Positions 9,897 through 18,100 of a stretch of DNA of 34,608 nucleotides are shown here, piece after piece. A program made the translations under genes and the position numbers. The notes beneath the pieces are model-generated. The model was not told the origin of the DNA. It worked only from the letters and a program-made list of their open reading frames with translations, and did not search any database. The DNA is taken from sequence record SRR2962707_4511; one strand, given 5' to 3'. Positions within the stretch are counted from its first letter, which is position 1. Each line of letters starts with the position of its first letter.

Positions 9897-10850
9897 ATGA
9901 CATTTGTCCGTTACCATGTGCGTCATGAGACCCTCTACCACTACGACCAGGTGGTGGGTGAGTCTCATCACCTGCTCAGGCTGACGCCACGAGCGCTGCC
10001 CTGGCAGCGGAATCTTGAGCATCACCTGGCGATCTCACCGGACCCATCGGCACGTCGTTCCTTCCTGGACTGCTTTGGCAACCGGATTACCAAGATTCAT
10101 TTCACTGGTGATCACGACTATCTGGAGATCATCAGCGAGTTCTGGGTGGAACTGCGCGATCGACCGAAACCGTCGGCAACTGCGGCAAAAGTACCCTGGG
10201 AAAGCGTGCGTGACAGCCTGCGGTATCGGGCGGACAGGACGTTTTCGCCGGAACATCTCGAAGCCACGGCGTTCCGGTTTGTGTCCACCAACGTGCCCAT
10301 CGATTCCCAGTACGCCGCTTATGCACGCGAGGCATTTCTCCCCGGACGCCCCCTGGTGGAAGCAACGGATGCCCTGATGCGGATGATCCATCGCGACTTC
10401 CGCTTCGATGCGACGGCGACCGAAACCTTCACCCCGGTGGAGCAGGCGTTCAAGGCCCGTCGTGGGGTCTGCCAGGATTTCTCCCATATTATGATCGCCT
10501 GCCTGCGTTCGGTGGGACTGGCGGCCCGTTACATGAGTGGTTATATCCTGACTCACCCGCCGGAAGGAAAGGAGCGGCTGGTCGGTGCCGATGCCACCCA
10601 TGCCTGGGTAGCGGTGTTCGTGCCGGATTTCGGTTGGCTGGAGTTGGACCCCACCAACGCGCTGAGGCCCGATCTGGAGCACATTACCCTCGGCTGGGGG
10701 CGAGACTTCTCCGATATAACGCCGATGCGGGGCGTGTTGCTGGGCGGTGGTGACCATGAACCGGAGATTGCCGTGACCGTTGTTCCGGAGGAGGAGTTTG
10801 CCTCGCTATACGGAGATGGAGAAACCTACCTGGAAGAACTCTCTCCCTGA
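9897..10850 (+). CDS. Transglutaminase-like family protein
   Basis: HETLYHY N-terminal domain, triad motifs GVCQDFSH / ATHAWV / ELDPTN, and GRDFSD. Confidence 0.9.
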   Translation: MTFVRYHVRHETLYHYDQVVGESHHLLRLTPRALPWQRNLEHHLAISPDPSARRSFLDCFGNRITKIHFTGDHDYLEIISEFWVELRDRPKPSATAAKVPWESVRDSLRYRADRTFSPEHLEATAFRFVSTNVPIDSQYAAYAREAFLPGRPLVEATDALMRMIHRDFRFDATATETFTPVEQAFKARRGVCQDFSHIMIACLRSVGLAARYMSGYILTHPPEGKERLVGADATHAWVAVFVPDFGWLELDPTNALRPDLEHITLGWGRDFSDITPMRGVLLGGGDHEPEIAVTVVPEEEFASLYGDGETYLEELSP

Positions 10851-10893
10851 GTTGAGGCCGTCATTCACTGCCAGGGCTAAAACAAAGTATTGT

Positions 10894-11514
10894 CTAGCCC
10901 TTTCTCGCCAGCCGCTCCAACGTCAACAACGTATCGGTGTAACGAGCAAATCGTGCCAGATACTCCGGTGACAACGTCTGCATCTCAGCAATAGCACGGC
11001 TTACCAACCGATGCGCGTTCATCGGCCCCGCTTCTTTCGGTGTGCTTTCAATGGCGTGTCGAATTCGCTCGGCAATAACGTGATGGCCCTGGTTCGCCTG
11101 GGCTCTGATCATGGCTTTCAGGGGGCGCGGGTTATTGGGTGCTGAGGCTGGATGTGCCTTTGGCGGGTCTTGTGGCGACTGTCCGAATACCCGTTGTTCC
11201 AGAACCGACTGCGGCGCTTCAACCGATGCCTCTGGGGTTTCATTCAGCTGGTCCAGCAACCCGGAAAGAGGCGAATTGCCGCCGACATCGGGGGTGGGCT
11301 CATCGCGCTGCCCGGCACTGTCCAGCCTTGCCTGATAGTCCGATATCGCCTGTTCCAGCTTCCGCCAGTGCGTCGTTCCCTTATGCAGCCCCTTTGCGCG
11401 CAGTCTTTGCTCGAAAGACTCCAGATAGCGGAACCGAACCGGATCATTCTGATCGGCGCCGTTTTGCCTCAAGCTTTCCAGCAAGGAGGGGCCGGGGGCT
11501 TCGCTCATGGTCAA
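10894..11514 (-). CDS. zorG: DUF2894-like protein, Zorya type III ZorG-like
   Basis: DPVRFRYLE and P.EAGPMNAHRLVSRA...LSPEYLARF..Y.DTLLTLE motifs. Last gene of a four-gene operon with 4-nt overlaps. Confidence 0.7.
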   Translation of the reverse strand: MTMSEAPGPSLLESLRQNGADQNDPVRFRYLESFEQRLRAKGLHKGTTHWRKLEQAISDYQARLDSAGQRDEPTPDVGGNSPLSGLLDQLNETPEASVEAPQSVLEQRVFGQSPQDPPKAHPASAPNNPRPLKAMIRAQANQGHHVIAERIRHAIESTPKEAGPMNAHRLVSRAIAEMQTLSPEYLARFARYTDTLLTLERLARKG

Positions 11515-12167
11515 TCACCTTCCCCGGTTTCAGTATCCTCAGCCGACGAAGGCGCCCGTGGCACGGTACTGATTTCCACCCGCCGGTTCTGGGCCCGGGA
11601 TTCGGCATCGACATTGGGTACGGCCGGGTGGTGAGGACCAAAGGCGGCAGCGAATACCCGGTCATTGGGCAAGCCCAGCTCTGTGAGGGTTCGGGTAACC
11701 GTCAGGGCCCGCTGGGCCGACAGGCCCCAGTTGTCCTGATAACGATTGCCCGGATGCATCGGCAAGTCGTCGGTGAATCCGCTCACCATCAGCAGTTCAT
11801 CGTGCTGTTCCAGGTAGGCCTGTAGCGGGCGAATCAGTGATTCCAGTACTTCTTCACCTTCGGCCTGCAACTGGTCTGAATTCAGCTCGAACAATACGTT
11901 ACCGCTGATGCCGATACGGCCATCGCGGAACGTCACCAGACCTTTGGTGAGCGGATCTTCGAGAGCTTGCTCCAGAGCCATCCGGCGCTGTTCTTCGGCT
12001 TCCCGCTTCTCGATCTCCTCGGCCAGGGACTGGCTGAGCTCCAGCTGAATGCCGATCACCCACACAAGAATCAGCGCCAGAATACCCACAAGCGCCGCCA
12101 TCAGGTCCGAGAAAATAGCCCAGACCGGTGCCGATTGCTGTTCGCCGCCTTCCAGCTGTTCCATCAC
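11511..12167 (-). CDS. zorB: MotB/OmpA-family protein, ZorB-like
   Basis: TM segment PVWAIFSDLMAALVG with the MotB-type Asp; OmpA-like motifs GFTDD, NWGLSAQRA, NRRVEI. Confidence 0.8.
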   Translation of the reverse strand: MMEQLEGGEQQSAPVWAIFSDLMAALVGILALILVWVIGIQLELSQSLAEEIEKREAEEQRRMALEQALEDPLTKGLVTFRDGRIGISGNVLFELNSDQLQAEGEEVLESLIRPLQAYLEQHDELLMVSGFTDDLPMHPGNRYQDNWGLSAQRALTVTRTLTELGLPNDRVFAAAFGPHHPAVPNVDAESRAQNRRVEISTVPRAPSSAEDTETGEGD

Positions 12168-14236
12168 CCGGCCTCGCTGGATTCTGCCCGGCGCAGCGCC
12201 GCAGCGGCATCAATCACATCTTTCTGGGCACTGACGCTGAGATCAATCACCTCGCGGGCCTGGGCGACGTAGTAGGCCAGTTGCTCATCGTGCCGATTGC
12301 CGGCCTTGTCCAGCGCTGCCTGGATGTCCGCCAGGCCGGCGATGACCTGCTGGTTGGACTGGCTGAACAGCTCAATGGCCTGCATGAACGCATCGCTCAG
12401 GGCGCCGACTTCCTGGCTGCTGCCGGTAATGTCGTCGCCCAGTTTGCCCAGTTGCTGGCTCTGCTCCTGGATCAGGGTGTTGAAGCGTTCGCTGATGCCG
12501 GTCAGGGTTTCGCCGGCGCCGCTGATCAGGGTATCCACCGCCTCCCGCTGACTGTCAGCGGTGCTGCGCTGGTTCTCCAGCAGGGTGTCCAGCTCCTGAA
12601 CCAGTCGCTGGCGTTCCTCCAGCAGCTCGTTTTCCCGCTCGCTGTTGCGGGCGATTTCCGACTGCAGCTGTCGGATCACCTCGGCGGCGGCCTTCGGTGT
12701 TTCCGAAGCCGTCTCAATCAGGCGGGTCATGGGCGCTTCCAGTGCGGTGCCCAGCTCACTCAGGTGGCGTGCTGCTGTGGCTTCCAGTTGTTCCATTCGC
12801 TCGTTTGCAGCCCGGGCTCGTTCGCTTTCCTGTTCCCGGAGTTGATCGAGCTGAGCGCCAACGGTGCTGAGCAGTTCCGCCAGCCCGGCCTGTTGCTGCT
12901 CAATCAACCCGGTGCTGCTGGTCTGGAAATGGCTTTGGTATTGAATCAGCGCCTCATTGAATGCTGCCAGCATGTCGTCACTTTGAGCCTGCTGTCGGGC
13001 CAGACCGGCCTGCCAGTGTTGCGACACCTCAGCTCCGGCATTGTTCAGGCGTTCACAGCTCTGTACCAGTTGTTGCTGTTGTTCCTTGAGCCAGGTTTGG
13101 TGCTGATCGTTGATGGCGCCAAGCCAGGTGTGGAGTTGTTCCTGCAACTGGCTTTGACTTTGTTCGTTCTGCTTTGAGAGGGTCGCCAACGTCTCCTGGT
13201 TCTGGGCCTGTTGTGCAATCAGATTCTGCTGCCAGCGTTCGCCCGCCTCCGTGGTAACTGCCTGAAACCCGGAGATCAATTCCGTGAGTTGTTCACGGGC
13301 ATTATCTGCCCAGCTTTGTTGCAGGCCGTGAGCATCCTTCTGAAGTTGCTCCAGGGCCTGGACAACTATGGGCTCAATCCGCTCTGACGCCTGCTTTGCA
13401 GTGTTGTCCAATGCCGTTGTCAGGGAGTTGGCTACGGAGTCGGCCAGGGTCTGATAGTGGCGGCCGACCGTGCTGTGGAATTCCTGCTGGTTGTGAGTCA
13501 GGGACTGTTCCAGTTGCTGGCCAAGTTGCTCCATGCGCGCCGTCATGCGTTCCATGGCCGAGGCCATTTCGGGCAGGGCTTTGGCCTGGCTTTCCAGTGC
13601 CTGAAACGCCTGGTGGCGTTGATGATCTGTAGATAGATGATGCAGCTTGTCTCGCAGCGCACTATCCAGGGCGCGGGACGCCTGCAACCGGTCCCGGCGG
13701 CTCAGGGTAGAGGCCAGCCCCAGCATGGCGGAGGCGGCCACGCCGGCAATGGAGGTGCCGAAGGCGAGACTCAAACCGGCAATCGGAGCGGCCAGTGCGC
13801 TGCGAATAGCGCTCAGTTCGGTGCTGTTATCCAGGGCCGAGGCGGCGCCGCCAAGGGTCACAATCATGCCCGCAAAGGTGCCCAGCAGGCCCAGCATCAC
13901 CAGCAGGCCGGTCAGGTAGGGTGTCAGTTGCGGGCCGGGTAATGCGGCGGCATGGCCCTCGATTCGCCGTTGCACCGGGAACTGCATCGGGGCGGGCAGT
14001 GTGCCAAGCCAGTGGTTAACCTGCTCCTGGCTTTCAGGTAACTGATGAACCTGTGCGTTCAGTTCGCGGGTCTGTCGGCGGAAATTCACCAGTTCGCCAA
14101 AGCCGAGACAGTAAACGGCGCCAATCAAGCCGGTAAACGCCAGCGCCAGCAGGTCGGAACCGACAAATCCGGCACCAATCCAGGCTACCACGGCCAGGCC
14201 GATGGCAAACGCCAGGGTAAAGAACAGTTTACTCAT
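12164..14236 (-). CDS. zorA: MotA-like membrane protein with long Q/E-rich helical tail (DUF802-like), ZorA-like
   Basis: N-terminal TM helices with MotA/TolQ-like LLVMLGLLGTFAG and GLSLAFGTSIAG motifs, then about 480 aa of heptad-like Q/E/A/L-rich sequence. Confidence 0.8.
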   Translation of the reverse strand: MSKLFFTLAFAIGLAVVAWIGAGFVGSDLLALAFTGLIGAVYCLGFGELVNFRRQTRELNAQVHQLPESQEQVNHWLGTLPAPMQFPVQRRIEGHAAALPGPQLTPYLTGLLVMLGLLGTFAGMIVTLGGAASALDNSTELSAIRSALAAPIAGLSLAFGTSIAGVAASAMLGLASTLSRRDRLQASRALDSALRDKLHHLSTDHQRHQAFQALESQAKALPEMASAMERMTARMEQLGQQLEQSLTHNQQEFHSTVGRHYQTLADSVANSLTTALDNTAKQASERIEPIVVQALEQLQKDAHGLQQSWADNAREQLTELISGFQAVTTEAGERWQQNLIAQQAQNQETLATLSKQNEQSQSQLQEQLHTWLGAINDQHQTWLKEQQQQLVQSCERLNNAGAEVSQHWQAGLARQQAQSDDMLAAFNEALIQYQSHFQTSSTGLIEQQQAGLAELLSTVGAQLDQLREQESERARAANERMEQLEATAARHLSELGTALEAPMTRLIETASETPKAAAEVIRQLQSEIARNSERENELLEERQRLVQELDTLLENQRSTADSQREAVDTLISGAGETLTGISERFNTLIQEQSQQLGKLGDDITGSSQEVGALSDAFMQAIELFSQSNQQVIAGLADIQAALDKAGNRHDEQLAYYVAQAREVIDLSVSAQKDVIDAAAALRRAESSEAG

Positions 14237-14919
14237 GGGGTGTTGTTAACCTCTTTGTGGCAAGCCTCCAGCAAACCCAGAACCGGTTCCAGCCGAACAT
14301 CCAGTTCAGCGAGTAACAAAGACTGCGCTTCCTCGCAGTAACGGTGGAACCAGTCGGCTGTTGTGGCCGGGGTAGGGCTTTGCTCCGGGGTGGTCGATCG
14401 GTGCTCGAATCGTTGTTCAAGTACCTTGGGAATATGGGAAAAACACTGTGCGGTATACCCGGCCATCGTTTGATCAAACACGGCATCCAATTCGGCCAGG
14501 TGGGCCAGCTTCGGGCCCTGATCTTTCATCGATTTTCGAACCTTGTCCCGCAACTGACGGCTGTTGGCCGCCACTTTGCGTTGGAGTGCGAGCCAGGCAT
14601 TGAGAGCGGCTTCAAGCTCGGGTTCACCAGCAAACTCCAGATCTGAGCCAAACCCGCGAATACGCTGAACCAGTGCCCTGCGTATCGTCGCCAGTTCCTC
14701 CGTTAACCGGTCTACCACGGCGCCCTGAGGCGTGCCTGGCTGTTTCGCCCGATAACCAATGGCCGCATCCAGGGTCATGGTGTCGCCCAGGCCGAACAGC
14801 CGGCTCAGTCGCTCTGCAAAGCAGGGCAGTGCGTCTGGAATTGCAGGTGCGCCCGGTGGGGCCAGCTGTACGAGCAGTTTGGATGAGAGGCCTGTTTGTG
14901 CCTGAGGCTGGTTTGGCAT
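14233..14919 (-). CDS. zorF: DUF3348-like protein, Zorya type III ZorF-like
   Basis: FAERLSRLF, LAHLAELDAV, LLLAELDVRLEPVLGLLEA motifs. First gene of the operon, overlapping zorA by 4 nt. Confidence 0.7.
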   Translation of the reverse strand: MPNQPQAQTGLSSKLLVQLAPPGAPAIPDALPCFAERLSRLFGLGDTMTLDAAIGYRAKQPGTPQGAVVDRLTEELATIRRALVQRIRGFGSDLEFAGEPELEAALNAWLALQRKVAANSRQLRDKVRKSMKDQGPKLAHLAELDAVFDQTMAGYTAQCFSHIPKVLEQRFEHRSTTPEQSPTPATTADWFHRYCEEAQSLLLAELDVRLEPVLGLLEACHKEVNNTP

Positions 14920-15167
14920 CCGTTCGGTGTCTCACTCCGTGGTCGAGTAGAGCTGCGGTTAGAGGGCGCTATTCTACTGGCTAAAAGGAACGAATCCTAA
15001 TGACTGTATCGTGAGGTACCGCACGGCATTTCTATAGCAGGGTGCTGAAATATCCACTTTCATTACGATGGCACGCATACTCTGGTAGCGAGCCACTGCG
15101 AGACGGGTACAATAGACGCCGGATACTTATAAGTCGATAAATCAAGTCAGTTGGAAGGGAATGCCAG

Positions 15168-18100
15168 ATGTCTGAGCAGGAAGCACCAGAAGTACAGATC
15201 AGTGCCACATTCGTCGAAAAAATAAACTTTGCCTGCCATCAGAGTGCTTTCGCAATATTGCGCGAGCTGAAGGTCCAGAATCTCGACACCAGGGAAGGCT
15301 TGTCTGATCTCACCATTGTTCTTGAAGCCTCTCCCGCATTTCTGAAGCGTAAAGAGTGGAAGGTGGATTACCTTGCAGCGAAGGAGCTCCTGCATGTCAA
15401 AGATCGTGATCTGGAGCTGGATGGTGGGTTTCTTTACGGCTTGACTGAGTCGATGCGTGGCGCAGTAACCGTTCAGGTGCTTCAGGCTGGTCGGATGCTT
15501 TCTGAAAGGGTGATTCAGGTAGAGCTTCTGGCTTGCAATGAGTGGGGTGGCGCGGAGTACATGCCCGAGTTGCTGGCCTCGTTTTGTACACCGAATGATC
15601 CCGCCGTTGATCGTTTGCTGGGGCAGGCTAGTCAGATTTTGCGCAAAGCGGGCAAGCCGGATGCCATTGACGGTTACCGATCCGGCAGCCGTGAGCAGGT
15701 ATGGCTGCAGGCCTCCGCGATATACTCGGCGGTGGTCAACATGCAAGTGAGTTACGCCTTGCCACCGGCGAGCTTTGAATCCAATGGCCAGAAGATCCGC
15801 CTTCCGAGCCAGATCGAAAACAGCCGGGTGGCCACCTGTCTGGATTCTACGTTATTGCTGGCAGCTGCGTTCGAGCAGGCAAATCTGAACCCGATGATTG
15901 TGCTGACTCGGGGCCACGCCCTTGTGGGCCTATGGCTGGAAAAGGAAGATCTGTCGGACATTGTGCTGCGAGATCCTCAGATTCTGCGTCAGCGGATTCC
16001 GCTGAAAGAACTTATTCTGATTGAAACCACTCTCACCACCCAGCACCCACCTGTATCTTTTTCCAGGGCAGTCGCAGCAGGCAACGATCAGATGTCGATA
16101 TCTGAGGACTATAAGTTCATTGCGGCAGTTGATATTCGCCGCGCGCGAGCCCACCGATTTAATCCCATCAGCCTGAAAAGTCCGTCCATTGCTCCGCGTG
16201 ACAGCGCCAATATCAGTGAGCCTGAGGAGCTGGAGCTTGAAGATGCGCCCGATCTGGATTCCAATCCTCCGCAGTATCTGGAGCAAAGCGTTCCTGATGA
16301 TACGCCGGAAGGGCGGGTGGAACGCTGGCAGCGAAAACTGTTGGATTTGTCGGCCCGGAATCCGCTTCTCGATTTCCGCCATGGTCTAAGCAGTCTGTCG
16401 ATCCTGACGGTTGCTCCAGCGGAACTGGAAGACGTACTGGCCAGTGGAACCAAAATCTCGATAGCACCCTATCCCTGGTCGCAAACCAGAAAGCAGGACT
16501 CGGAACTGCATCAACAACGAACGGGCGAGGAGCTCAAGGCCGCCTACGTCAGGGATGCATTTAGCAAGAACCAGGTTCTTGTAGATATGCCGCAGAATGA
16601 GCTGGATCGTCGTGCGGTCGAAATTTATCGGCGGGCACAAACCTCTCTCCGGGAGGGGGGCTCGAACACGCTATTCCTGGCCATGGGCTTTATGCTGTGG
16701 CGATCCCGCGAGAACAACCGGGTTTATCGTGCGCCGCTGGTGTTATTACCGGTAACGCTGGAGCGCAAATCCGTACGGCAGGGCATTCGGATTGTCGCAA
16801 ATGATGACGAGCCTCGGTTCAACACCACTCTGCTAGAAATGCTGAGGCGTGATTTCGGCATCGATATCCACGGCTTTGATGATGCCTTGCCCAGGGACGA
16901 GCACGGTGTGGATATTCCTGGAATCTGGAATACGGTGCGTCATGCCATAAAGGATGTGGCAGGCTTTGAGGTGGTGGAGAATGTTGTGCTCGGGCACTTC
17001 TCTTTTGCCAAATATCTGATGTGGAAAGATCTTGTCGACCGCTCTGCCGCGCTGAAAGAAAGCCCGGTGGTCAAGCACCTGATCGAATCCCCCCGAGACC
17101 CCTACGACAGCGATATCCGGTTTGTTGATGCCAGCGACATTGATAACCAATACAAGCCAGCAGATTTTCTGACGCCTCTTCCAGCAGACTCGTCCCAGAT
17201 GTCGGCTATCGCAACAGCGGATCTCGGCAAGGATTTTGTGATCATTGGCCCGCCTGGAACCGGGAAAAGTCAGACCATCAGTAACCTGATCGCGCATCTG
17301 CTGGGTAAGGGAAAGAAAGTTCTGTTCGTCTCGGAAAAGACTGCGGCCCTTGAAGTGGTGCACCGTCGCTTGCGTGATGTTGGGTTAGGACAGTTTTGTC
17401 TGGAGCTGCATTCCAACAAAGCCAGCAAGGCGGATGTGCTGGCTCAGCTTGGCGCATCCTGGAACAACGCCGCACGAACTCCGGTGGCAGGTTGGCAGCG
17501 TGAAGCTGACCTCCTCAGGACTCAGCGGGATAGCCTGAACAACGTGGTGAATGCGCTGCACGAACGGCATCGCAACGGTTTGACCGCCCACTATGCCATC
17601 GGGGTAAAGGTCCGGGATCAGGCGTTGACTGAAAAAGTCAGGCTCGGCTGGGACAAGACTGATGCTCATGATGAGCGCCAGTTGCAGCAACTCAGGGAAA
17701 TGGCGGAGCTTCTTCGGGTGCAAGCCCGAGCGGTTTGGCAGTTTGACGGCCACCCGTTGAAAGTGGTCAATCAGTACGAATGGCACCCTCAGTGGCAGGA
17801 ACAGTTGGTGAGTGCCGCAGAAGAATTTCAGGTGGGAGCCACCCAGTTGGCCGATCATCTGGTTGAACTTGAAAAGGCCATTGGGGTCAAGCTGGGACCA
17901 GTGAATCTTCCACGGTTAGAAGGCGTGGTCGAGCTGGGCCAGGCCTTGCTGGACTGTTACGGCAAGCGCGTGGCGTTCGCATTGGAGCCTGAAGGTCAGG
18001 AGTGCCTGAATGGCATCACGGAAGTAATGCCTTACCTTGAGCGTTATCAGGTTGCTTTGCCGAAACTGAGTTGCCCATACGAGCCGCTGGCCTGGCAAAA

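Noticed and set aside
11511-14236. Flagellar stator motAB or a chemotaxis receptor
   Set aside because: No flagellar context, the MotA-like protein has a very long tail without the MCP signalling hairpin, and the flanking genes fit Zorya type III.
15560-16160. Functional link between the Hhe transglutaminase-like domain and the upstream transglutaminase cluster
   Set aside because: Different motif contexts and separate transcription units. Nothing beyond proximity supports a link.
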